This document shows, piece after piece, positions 13,401-22,993 of a stretch of 35,748 bases of DNA. Source of the DNA: Catajapyx aquilonaris (Eukaryota); contig KZ538225.1 of NCBI GenBank assembly GCA_000934665.2, positions 62,001-97,748 on the forward strand. The letters run 5' to 3'. The translations under genes were made by a program, and so were the position numbers. Under the pieces are notes generated by a model, which searched no databases, was not told where the DNA came from, and saw nothing but the letters and a program-made list of their open reading frames with translations. Each line of letters begins with the position of its first letter. Positions within the stretch are counted from its first letter, which is position 1.

Positions 13401-16400
13401 CATTCCGCCGATTGTTATGTCGCAAAAAAAAAAAAGTGTGGCTACACGCATCTGCGGGTGTCGTAACCTTGGTCGTATCAGCAAATTCGATTCTGCCACC
13501 TCCGGTTTTCCTTGAAGACACCATTCCTACTACCAAAAACAGACACGTCTATAATTGTGAATTCAGGTAGCGCCGTTCCGTCGCGCAGAAGAGGAAATGA
13601 ATCCCCACCCTATACGCTAATTCCGCATTACTTTTGCACCATGTATTTGAACCCCCCTTCTTCACAGTTCAAATTGACCATAAGCTTTCCCCCAGAAAAT
13701 AAGGGGGCCGTCCTACTTAAAATTACGACCTTCACCTACAAAATGGCAAACAACGCCATCAACTAGAAGAAAAAAAAAATGCGAGTTTCGGTTGATCCAG
13801 CATGCACAATCTGCTTTCCTACGTGTCGGAGACAAAAAGAAGCGGATTAAAAAGCTAGGCGGTGGTAGCCTTCAGGGACTGTGGGCGTCCTCAGTATTTC
13901 TTCAGAGGACGGTCCATTCTGACGGGGTAAACAATCGGCTTCAATTAAAAAGCGCGGAAAAATGGGTATAAGGTTAGTAGGATGCGGATGAATAATGTCG
14001 GGGCCTCAACTCATTAGAAACACTTTTAAAAAAAATCAAGTTCTTCCACCTCATTGATTCATGAGTCAGCAGCCTATAAACTCGTTGAATCTTACACGTT
14101 CTCTGAAAAAAGCTGTATGAGTACCAGAGTACGTGACGCGAATTCCAAGGCTTTTGAAGGATAATGATGTGTAGCCGTGGTAAATGCAGAGGGGCCGGCC
14201 CTTTTAATTGTAGTCATGGAGAGGCTTCTAAATCGGAAAAACATACAACGATTACGTAACATTAGTTGTTTTGCAGTGTGAATGGGCACACCCATGAGTG
14301 TAAAATTATTCATCGATTCGCGATGGCGAATTATAATGATTCGAATGATGACGCTGCCTAAGTGTTAATACCGCCTGCGAATTTCTGGCCTGGCTTTTGA
14401 TTGATGAGCTGCGTATCTTGGGCTAAAGGTCTGCGGCGACCATGCCAAGCCCAATTACTTGCTTGCGATACAAGCTGTTGTCGTCATATCGTGGGGGCAT
14501 GCATTATTTAATTTGTAATTTCCTAACTCGGAATGCAGCGGCACAATGACTGATTGGCAAAGCCGCATGCACCGTTTCATAAACAATCCCAACGCAAATG
14601 ATTGATTGCGATCGCAGACCCCACTTGTTATCCTTCCCCATAAGCTACACAAAATCAGTCTTCCATACAGCGAACTGACAGCGGGCTTTTCAAACACGAT
14701 GCGATACATATTGCCACAAATTTATAATTCATCCCTCGCCAATTTTAGTTCCGCCAACTGCTATATCAACCACAGGGTCATAAAACGGGCAATAATATTT
14801 TCTCGAAGCAGGTATGCAAATAAGTCCGGGTTGCCGATCTCCCCTGATTATGCCCGCACTTTTTACCCGGATAATCATGGGAAACTGGACTGGCATCGAA
14901 CGCCACGGAAGATGGCATGCACCTGTGGGCGGAAAAGGGTCAATCGTCTGGTTACCCTCGCACAACCACACGGTCATTGCCCAAACCCCACGCACATGTT
15001 TCTTATTTACACCCGGGCAACGACTTCGAGACGCCCGATTAGAAGCTGCCAATTAGATTACTACCAACCGAGTTTGCACCGACCGATTACCCGCCCAACG
15101 CCCCTCAAAAAAGGTGACCTTTTGTCAAGTCCTGAAAGGAAGGATGGCGCATAGGCGTAGGCCCCCAGTAATTATTGAATCAAAGTCCTCCAATGCTTCA
15201 GCGTATAAAATTGGGCGCGGTCCGATTTTCGGCCCCAAAAAAGAGGTCGCTTTTTTTTCTGGGGGTTGCACGTCCTGAAGGCGATTTGCGATGTCACGGC
15301 GATTATTGCCACGTACTGGAAAGGCGTCGCCAGCACGTGCTCCCCGATGCCATATTCCCTTCTTTTGGTCATTTGTACCGCATGAGCTTCCAATTTGCAC
15401 CGGCCGTTTCGGAGCGTTGCACTCCCAAGAGCTTTACGACGCATCATTTCACGTCAGCTTGATGAAAAAACCGACGTCTAGTCGGCTCTCGCATTACTAT
15501 TGCATTCAATTTTTTTTCTGCGACAGCAAACGACGCTATAAAAAAAACTGTTTCAAAGAACTGCGGCTGTAAATATGCCCAACACTGTTCTTGGACCCAT
15601 AACGGTTTCGCAGGTACAGTAAATCTTTTCTCATTTTTTCTGCAACCTCGTACCGAAAAGGTTTCTTCAAGAAAAAAAACCAAGGACTTGCCGCATGTAA
15701 CGTCAAGTCTATACTCATGCGGCACCGCCTAGCCCCATCCATATAGCATGCAAATTGCAGCATCTTCCACGTTCTTTGACCCCTTTCACCTGCTATACCA
15801 TCCCAACCGATATTGCAAAACCGCCTAATCGGGAGCAATCGTTTTAACGGGACTCACTGCTGAAGGACACCTCTCAGTCTCCTATAGTGCATAACCCAGG
15901 GAAAAGACATTCGACCCCACGCATCTCTCCGCGATAGTCCTCTGGAGAAAATGGGCCAATGTCTTCGATCGGCGCTCTATAAATCATCCGAAGGTCTGCT
16001 CGGTCGGCCCCTTTCACCGAAGCGAAAATCTTCCGCCGCAAATGAACCGCGAGACATTTTCCCGCTGAGCTGAGAACAATATTGCCTCCAATATTTGCTA
16101 TTACACAAAGAAATTCTCCCGCATTTTCAAACCTTACCGCCACACTATGGCAACCAGCGACATCCCGCGTTAAAATCAAGACCTAATTTAAAACATGGCG
16201 CCAGGATGGTGCTCCACGTGGCCGACGTGGGTGTACGATTGGTCCATGTCCTGGTGCCCAAACTTCGCGAAAGTGGAAAGTTATGTACTGCCCCTGCCCT
16301 GCCCAGCCTTGAGGAGCCTCCATAAGACCCTCGATTAATGAACCCCTGCCCATGACACTACCTTCAAAATCAAGCCAAATGACTTTCCACCCCGTTTGTC

Positions 16401-18163
16401 TCACAATTAATCCCATCCGTGACCGGATTCGAATCCCTGCGGCCAGCCAGTGCCCAGGTGAAATCGGCGGCCCTGAGCTGCTCGAATTGTGCCAATATTT
16501 GCTTCCACCCTTCCCCCTCAAAGCCTCAATCCGCGATGGGGACCATAAATCGCCTCCACAACAAACATTAAAAGACACCCATGTCCCAATGTCTCTCGCC
16601 TTACAGCAGCCTTCATTGTGTGCGGAGGAGCCTCCCAGGGTGGGTCATGGTCCTTCTAGAGGAGGAGCCCGCCTTCTTTATTGGACCGGCGCCTCTTTGG
16701 TTGCTTCCTTTGGCCCCGACACCACGTCACAAGGCTGAGATGCATTTGCTCCCCTAATTACACCATCCGTCCCTCACGCCATCATGGCAATTTGCGTATC
16801 AACCCGCTGGACAAACACTGTGGGCTGGTCCAACCTCCGCAAACAAACCCGATATATAAAAATCCCACCGCACCGGTCACGAACCCCAACAGCGCTTTAC
16901 AGTTCACTTATGAATCCTACTCACTGTAAATCAATAGCCCCCTAAAGAAAATGTTTCACCTCTGCCCCATAGGGTGCCTACCCAAATCCGACCCGATAGA
17001 AAACTCATCTCCACACCCATATTCTCCCGGACCGCCCCATTTCGGCCCTCTTATCTCTCAGCTGGACAAATCCCCGTCGCCAAATCCCCTTGCCGCAGGA
17101 AATGGAAATAGAGGGGGCGGGATTCAGCCGAGGAAACCGAATTCCCATCGCAGCTTTTACTCTTTTTTTTTCGGAAGTCCCCATTCTCCCGTTTTTTCCC
17201 CCCTCAGGAAATCCCACTCTGCCACTGAGAGAGCCTTCACTTATTTACCGGCTTTTGATACCCCGCCCCACAACCTTGACTTAACTCCAGAATATGGCTT
17301 GAGGATCAATATGAATTCTACATAACGAACACTGTACCACTGGTTGCAGTCCGCCCTATACCAGTGGATAATACATGTTACTGTATTACCAAAAAAATCT
17401 ACATGTCGGATAATGCCGTTAGTTCCACGGAGCATGCATAATACTTTAATGTTCCGCCAACTTTGACGCAATTATTTGTAAAGGTCACGTCTTTGGAAAG
17501 CGTTTCTGGCCGTCTTCCAGCCTTTAAAATGCTGCATTACCATTATTTAAAGAAAAGGAAACACGTCAAAATGCCAGCTTGTGAAGTGCATGGTGGTAAT
17601 CTCCAGATAAGCGGCCTCCACAACTTCTCTGCCATTTCAGATTGCCGTTGCAACTCAGGATGCTGCTTCCATAACACGCCCTCTAAATCATGTCTCCATG
17701 ATTCCCTTCACGCAACAACGAATTCCTCCGGGCGCGATTCCTCCAGCAGCCGACATTAATCCTGCAAGTCATTACACTAAAGCACAAATTATTTCCCTAA
17801 TCACCCGTAATGCTCAGCAGCCCTTTGAAATTAACTATCCCAGTACTTCAGCTGACTATTTCTCACAATGTTGCACCCTACTCGTAAAACGCATCTTGGG
17901 CCAAGTAGATAGCCTTTGAAAGACTACTAACGCGCCCAAATAGACGTCAGGAAATAGCTAATTTTTTTCTCTCTCTATCCTTGAATTTCGCAATCTGCAG
18001 ATAACAAATCAACAGACTGGCCTGACAGCCACCTACTGGGATCCATAGAAACCTTCACTGGGATTCGGAACAGTCAGCGCCATCTAACATTCCCCCACAC
18101 AACTGCAGCAAGACAATACTTACCTAATCCAGATGATAACGCCCACATGCCCATGGACGTCAT
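1280..18163 (-). CDS. Multi-exon gene (~12 coding exons) for an uncharacterised ~700-750 aa protein; apparent frameshifts probably sequencing errors
   Basis: Chain of minus-strand AG..GT-bounded segments with mostly matching phases and a continuous protein-like reading: 18163-18124, 16734-16579, 16361-16138, 13397-13228, 8911-~8618, 4857-4500, 3945-3649, 3174-3058, 2779-2594, 2095-~1954, 1636-1551, ~1491-~1280. Exons 13397-13228 and 4857-4500 are fully open with no correction. Confidence 0.72.
1551..1636 (-). CDS. Coding exon of minus-strand gene
   Basis: Acceptor TTTTGCATTACAG, donor GTAAGT at 1550; segments LRLWTRNRR / DMTLP / RGFDSW / VVIP joined across single-base indels. Confidence 0.6.
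1954..2095 (-). CDS. Coding exon of minus-strand gene
   Basis: Acceptor CTTCTTGCCAG; SENMFDSHDWTLVG, then after one extra base GNVPQRDHIGLPDFFMWLFRLSTIIMALVRFTS; donor reads AG/GAAGT (probably GTAAGT missing a T). Confidence 0.6.
2594..2779 (-). CDS. Coding exon of minus-strand gene
   Basis: Acceptor TTATGCAG, phase 1 matching the upstream donor; DDMRLFRFLGVPGSFTKKKMTLRKVE / KMNVEYGRKLICMV / EAETLIDG / VIATEDMIDN; donor G/GTATGA at 2593. Confidence 0.62.
3058..3174 (-). CDS. Coding exon of minus-strand gene
   Basis: Acceptor GATTACAG; KPFMHNI ... HVNFNDNWETSRDFAQKLLHG; donor GAG/GTAAGG at 3057 (phase 1). Confidence 0.62.
3649..3945 (-). CDS. Coding exon of minus-strand gene (many apparent indels)
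   Basis: Acceptor TTTGTTATGTAG, phase 2 matching the donor at 4499 (FGVR|HQHWARP); segments EEACAEAENDHFDSHIR, RIVMV, YAWRG; donor GTATCC at 3648. Confidence 0.55.
4500..4857 (-). CDS. Intact 358-nt coding exon of minus-strand gene
   Basis: Inside ORF 4409..4909; acceptor TCCATCAG (phase 1), donor GAG/GTATGG (phase 2); reads GQKTQFFVPYLADSDVTITFKMRDSLWLRVAPPQWPWMC...ERILLFKRCVFLRHILEKL...DRPLLYIGGYIDQEMHYINRLPRFGVR with no stop. Confidence 0.78.
8618..8911 (-). CDS. GC-rich coding exon (or two exons) of minus-strand gene; one in-frame TGA
   Basis: Phase-1 start continues CPAINCA|GSWVRVTLAVYVIREPMPAEASE; TGA at 8843-8841; then a Gly/Ser-rich linker to GVYSSQWCNT, joining GQKTQFF in phase 1. 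Both splice sites imperfect. Confidence 0.55.
13228..13397 (-). CDS. Intact 170-nt coding exon of minus-strand gene
   Basis: CAG acceptor downstream of a T-run, phase 2 matching the donor at 16137; VRNGPRVRSDALQPELVRLLIGLPLPGVYLSLEVFLRQQDDMGLKWRIFCPAINCA open; weak donor GTTATA at 13227. Confidence 0.7.
16138..16361 (-). CDS. Coding exon of minus-strand gene
   Basis: Acceptor GATTTTGAAG, donor CG/GTAAGG at 16137; segments GSVM / VLWRLLKAG / QGQYITFHFREV / GHQDMDQSYTHVGHVEHHPGAMF / KLGLDFNA / VAIVWR separated by homopolymer-type insertions. Confidence 0.62.
16579..16734 (-). CDS. Possible coding exon 2 of minus-strand gene (basic, low complexity)
   Basis: Acceptor GCATCTCAG; segments TWCRGQRKQPKRRRSNKEGG / SSSRRTMTH / MKAAVRRETLGH; donor GTGTCT at 16578 weak; needs indel corrections. 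Confidence 0.4.
18124..18163 (-). CDS. Probable first coding exon of minus-strand gene (MTSMGMWALSSGL)
   Basis: Exon 18178-18124 bounded by GGTTGCAG and a consensus AG/GTAAGT donor; ATG at 18163 gives 13 codons + 1 nt (phase 1), compatible with downstream exons. Confidence 0.55.
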
Positions 18164-18716
18164 TGCATACAGATTGAACTGCAACCTTTACTGCAGTTGA
18201 TCTCAAGGGCACAAGTGCATTCCCAAGTGTATAGTATATAATGCAATGAAATTTTTTTTACATACTCCAACCCCGTAAAACAGTCGTTGCAGTATCACTA
18301 CCAACATGAAAAAAAATTTGGTGCATGTGCCAGAAATTTTTTATACATTTCCTGTGTTTTCACACATGAGCTCGTGACACATACCTGTATGACCGGTGAT
18401 GCGATATGTGTGTGTCTGCAGAATCTAAACGGCGCCTCTTGTAGTCCCTTATGGGCGAGCGCGAGTGGGAGCGCCTTCTACTTCGAGGCATCTGAAATAA
18501 ATGGAAATCTAGGGTGAACCCTCCCGCCTTCGCTAATATCCTGTCCTTCAAATTAAATGCACAACAGCTGCTAACTCACTGTAACCTGCCAGTGATCTAC
18601 AAGCCAAGTGTGGTGCAGTGAAATATTATACACTAACCTTTTTTTTTTAAAAAAAAGTTCTGGGTAATGCATCAAGTTGAGCATGCAATATTGCCGTTAA
18701 GATTACATGCAAGCAG

Positions 18717-18890
18717 CTAAAATCACCACATGTCAGCTTTGCCTAGTCACTATCATAGTGGGTTATCAATATTCCACATGCCCTCCAAGTCATTATACTC
18801 ATGTCGAAGAGCTCAGCAGCTTCTCCCTTTGGTTAAGGGCACGATTTTGCATGTTGAAAAAATCCCACCAAGTGCATGTGGTGATTCCAA
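18717..18890 (-). ncRNA. Candidate structured intronic RNA element, class unknown
   Basis: Perfect 12-bp inverted repeat AATCACCACATG (18721-18732 / 18875-18886), extending to 16 bp with G-U pairs on the minus strand; encloses nested helices UGGUGGG/CCCACUA, CCCUU/AAGGG and AGCU/AGCU. Confidence 0.3.
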
Positions 18891-18905
18891 GATCAATACC
18901 TCAGC

Positions 18906-19076
18906 TTATGATTGTGTGAGGCACACTGGAAGTGTGTTTGAAATGACTCCCTGTGCAGTTGGAATAATAAAAGAGTCCCTCTCTAAGGAGTGGTTATGAA
19001 TCAGGTTCATACTCACAGGCACAATCACTTGAACCTTAACTTCATTACAGACACGCTCAGGAATACGTTGAGCCAT
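18906..19076 (-). CDS. Spliced 34-codon upstream/small ORF (MAQRIPERVCNEVKVQVIVP|GVISNTLPVCLTQS)
   Basis: Exon 19092-19017 (acceptor TATTTCCACAG, ATG in CAAC-ATG-G context, donor GTGAGT), 66-nt intron, exon 18950-18900 (acceptor ACTGCACAG, TAA 18908-18906, donor GAG/GTATTG). Confidence 0.45.
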   Translation of the reverse strand: MAQRIPERVCNEVKVQVIVPVSMNLIHNHSLERDSFIIPTAQGVISNTLPVCLTQS

Positions 19077-22000
19077 GTTGGGCACAGCTTTGCTGTGGAA
19101 ATAGAGCATTGATGATAACAGGAACCATTAAAAAAGCAACGCATCCCTCAGGCCACCATTAGTCCACATCCAATGCAATGAGTATCCATACTCTTAGTAA
19201 TCAGGCAAGTCACAGGCTAATATAACTTTGTTATGTAACTAAAATTCAGCATGCAGTTGTGATGATAAGTGTCCACATATCCTTTTGATGTCAAAGCCAG
19301 TAAATTGTGCAGCTGCTCACAGCAAACAGGGAATGCTATAATCAAGTCACAATTTACTAAAGTGTCTTTTTCCACTAGGACCATGAGATAATAAAAGACA
19401 AAAATATTTCTTGCTCGTAAAAAATTGCAGTGTGGCCTTCAAGAACAAGGCAAAAATTAATTTTGTGACATAAGTGAGTTGATCTAAAAAAAGTGTTTGG
19501 AATATTACAGCACATTACTAAAATGATAGAGCAGAGAGTAATTATCTCATAATAAATTATAATTTGATTGTTTACAAATAACGTATGGTGAACCAAGTTT
19601 GAACAGTATGGATATCTCAGTTTTATAGTGACCACTAGGGGTCCAGTTGGAATTAGAAGGTACGGTTAAAATTGTTACTCCTGTGTCAGAGATTACAAAT
19701 AATCTCATTCATTTGTCTGTGAATATTGTCAGATAGAGTTTAACTGATCATAAACATTTTTTTGGCTAGAATCAGCATTCAAAGTAATATTCCCTTACGT
19801 TGAACTTGCATCCACTACACAAAGTTCACACCTACTCCTATGCTTCACCAATTTCAATGGAACTTGCAATGTCCAAAGAGGAACAATCAATGGTCAGAAT
19901 TTCAGTTCAAGGTCTCCTGAGAGAAAAAAGGTCGCCATTCTGACTTGCCCTGGCATGTTGGAGGAAGTGCACAGACACACTAGTTTGCCCTCAATTACGT
20001 CACAAGTGTGTATGTGAATTGTATATAAATAATGGACATGTACGTTGAATATGTATTACAAACCAATACTTTTCTGGCAGTGGCCAACAGTGACCATAAA
20101 GTTCATAAATTTCAAAAGCATTCTGATTTGCCCCCCCCCACNCCCCGCGCGCAAAAAAAAAAAAAAATGATGGACCAACTTTTCATCACAACTGACAGTT
20201 AGGGAACTGAACTATGGAACTCCAACAACTCACTTCTACTCACAAAGAGTCATTCCTTTGAAACATTCACCAGTCTCCATTTGTAAAATACACTACCGTG
20301 TAACCAACAGAATCACTCATTACACCAGATACCTATGAAAACTTACCATGTTTCAAGCCACACATCAGCACATACCAATACAATATGTTTATACTGTATG
20401 TTTCCACAAGTTTCTCTAATATGTTCTCAAAATTATTTTCAGGGTTGGTACAAAACTTGGGTGTGATAGAAGATGAAAGAGCACGTGCAACTGGCCCTCT
20501 CATGTATTCTTTTCTAAGTATCACAAAAATGAAAGCCCCGTTGTGATCAATTAGGGAGACCCACCTCAATGGCAATAAGCCCAACATGTTGCAGGTGTAT
20601 CAAAATGCAGGTATCACTGTTAGCAGCATCAAGGCCTAACAATGCATCACTTTGCCTACTGCAGATAACTTCACAACCTTCAGGCAACGATTTAGATGTC
20701 CTAAATATTTATGACTTTACAATAAATTACTGTCATTACACAACTCAAAACCTCTCAGTCTTGACAGAAAATCAATATCCCTCTGTCAATGTAACCAACT
20801 GTACCAGTTAACATACTGGCAACACTTATGTGATCAGTGAAGGAAGTTTGTTTCGATGGTTCAAACTGTCTAGTGTAGATCTGATAAACTGCATTCTGAA
20901 AATCCTATTTACACAGCACATTTCCTTGCAATGGCAGTACTGCACTAAAATCTATCCCAAATCTCCCTCCGCTATCAAAAAACTTGCCTGAGGAATCAGG
21001 GCCTCATTTTTAATGTCAGTTGCAAGTTTTAGAAACACTGGACACAATTTATAGGTTGGCCTCTAAATATTGAACAAAATAGCTGAATGCTGGCAGTGGC
21101 ATCCCTTTCCCTTACATTGGAATGGTAACGCTGAGGTGGGAGTTCAAAGTTGGCTGGAGGCATCATCTGCTACATGGGTTCATTAGGTGATGAGACAAGC
21201 AGTGCCAATCTCATGAACCAGACATTCATCTGCATACATTTCCATGGATCTGGATGTATCCCGCAGCTGACTTAGTCTCTCTCTCAGGAGTTTCCTAATG
21301 ATGGTTACCAGATGAAGCCAAATTTATTTCCCACAACTTTCTGCATGATAGCACCACAAATAGAACATGGATTCCCACCCTGGATCTCACTTAGGTTTGC
21401 CAGTTTTGAGAAATTATATCCTAAAAATGAAGATTTTTTGCTACCTGTTTAGAACCCACAGTGTATGTATAGCCTCCTCAGACCCACAGGAGTTGGTTTC
21501 AATGTACTTGTTCCAAATTTTGTGACAGTTTCTCACTCTGACCCCATACCTAAAATAATCACCTGCTGCGTCTCAATTAAATGCTTCCAACAATTTAAAT
21601 AGTTCTGATACTCATACACAACCTTTAACTCTCAGCAATTCCACTATAACTTCCTCTAATCTGGCATGAAAGATGTGCCATGATTCCCCTACCAACCTTG
21701 AGCACTGCCCGCTTCCTGAGTACGCTTCATTCATAACTTCCACATGACATCTGCATGTGCCCATCATACCATGATACTAGACTAGACTATATATCAAATA
21801 AGTTAAAGCAGCTTTGACAGATCACAAGTGAAAAGATCAGGTAAAATGTATGAGCATATCAGCTACTCAATTGCATTTAAAAAAGTTTAAAATCATTTTA
21901 TCAATTCATTTTGGTTTGTCTTCACCAGCTGGAAAATTCATACAAGTAGAACATATGTTTGGTTCACAGGGCTACACAGCACATTCTGTCATAGGCCATA

Positions 22001-22308
22001 AAAACTACTCCTAAAATAATTTAGCAACTTCCGCCCCACAGTTGACAGTGGACTTAAATATCTACATGGAACTACCAAAGAATATTCCTAATCCAAGGAG
22101 TTATGAAACTTGCCAGCAAAAAATCCACCATCACTTTGGCTCTCCTTGCATGCCATCCTCATCATATTGTTCACTCGAACAACGCATTCCTTATTGCCAT
22201 AATGCCAACACATTCATACAACAATCAGTTTAACCTTTACAATAGTGTTGCCCCAGTTTTTCTGACTGTCCTGTATAGGAGAGGCAAAATACTTTTTATT
22301 AATATTTG

Positions 22309-22520
22309 TATTTATTTATTTATTTATCCCAATGGGAGAATCGGCACTCCATTAGGGAGGTGGAATACCACCATTCGATGGGTCCAAGGATAGGGAAGGA
22401 AGGAAGGAGCTGTGGCCTATTATACGGAAACGACCCAGGAATTATCCTGGGGGGACCGTGGAAAACCACAGAAAACCATGATCAGGATTGCCGACCCCAG
22501 GAATCAAACCCAGGACCTCC
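22309..22520 (-). mobile_element. 5'-truncated tRNA-derived SINE
   Basis: Minus strand: B-box-like GGGTTTGATTCC (22511-22500), body GGTTTTCTGTGGTTTTCCACGGTCCCCCCAGGATAATTCCTGGG resembling widespread insect tRNA-SINE bodies, (TAAA)n tail 22327-22309; no A box or TSD. Confidence 0.7.
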
Positions 22521-22595
22521 TAATGTATTTTGATTAATCCACTATGATATTTGGTGCAAATGCTTGAGTTTGTACTAGTAATGTGAGAGCTAGTA

Positions 22596-22993
22596 CAGTA
22601 CCCTGGATTAATGACTATGCACAGACATCGCCACCTGTCCAAGAATGAGTGAAATTATGCATTGGTGGGCTGTGTCCAAAATACTTGGATAGCTCAAGAT
22701 ATCGCGGTAGATTCAAACCCTTGCTACAAAGATGGATCACAGCAGATCACAGATATATCTGTGGGATGAATTATAAGGCCATTGCCATTCCTATCAATGC
22801 ATTGAGGTTGTAAACCAGTTATTACACGGACCATGCGAATGCCTGTTATTCCACCGTGATATCTTGAGCAGTCTAGAGCGGTCTCGTGAGCAGTCGTGAG
22901 ACCAAGTATTTTGGACACAGCCCACCGACGCCTAGTTCCGCTCAATCCCGCCAGGTGGCTATGTCTGTGCATAGCCATTAATGCAGGGTACTG
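22596..22993. mobile_element. MITE (Tc1/mariner-pogo type), 398 bp
   Basis: TA on both sides (22594-95, 22994-95); TIR CAGTACCCTGGATTAATGACTATGCACAGACATCGCCACCTG matches the reverse complement of the right end with 3 mismatches; inner inverted block GGTGGGCTGTGTCCAAAATACTTGG / CCAAGTATTTTGGACACAGCCCACC. Confidence 0.9.

Noticed and set aside
1..17950. Numerous 60-240 aa ORFs in the track (e.g. 8801..9526 +, 14606..15154 +, 335..820 +)
   Set aside because: No recognisable motifs or splice support; they overlap in several frames in error-rich intronic DNA or are antisense to real exons.
18770..18830. TPP-riboswitch-like GCTGAG...TAATG words; also looked for intronic RNase P/MRP RNA
   Set aside because: Core conserved motifs and spacing are absent.
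21188..21270. Plus-strand GTGATGA...CTGA pair resembling a C/D snoRNA
   Set aside because: Antisense to the host transcript, no adjacent terminal stem, no recognised guide.
22082..22090. ATATTCCTA, identical to the U17/snR30 m1 motif
   Set aside because: Wrong strand for the host; m2 (AAACCAT) and correctly placed ACA are missing.
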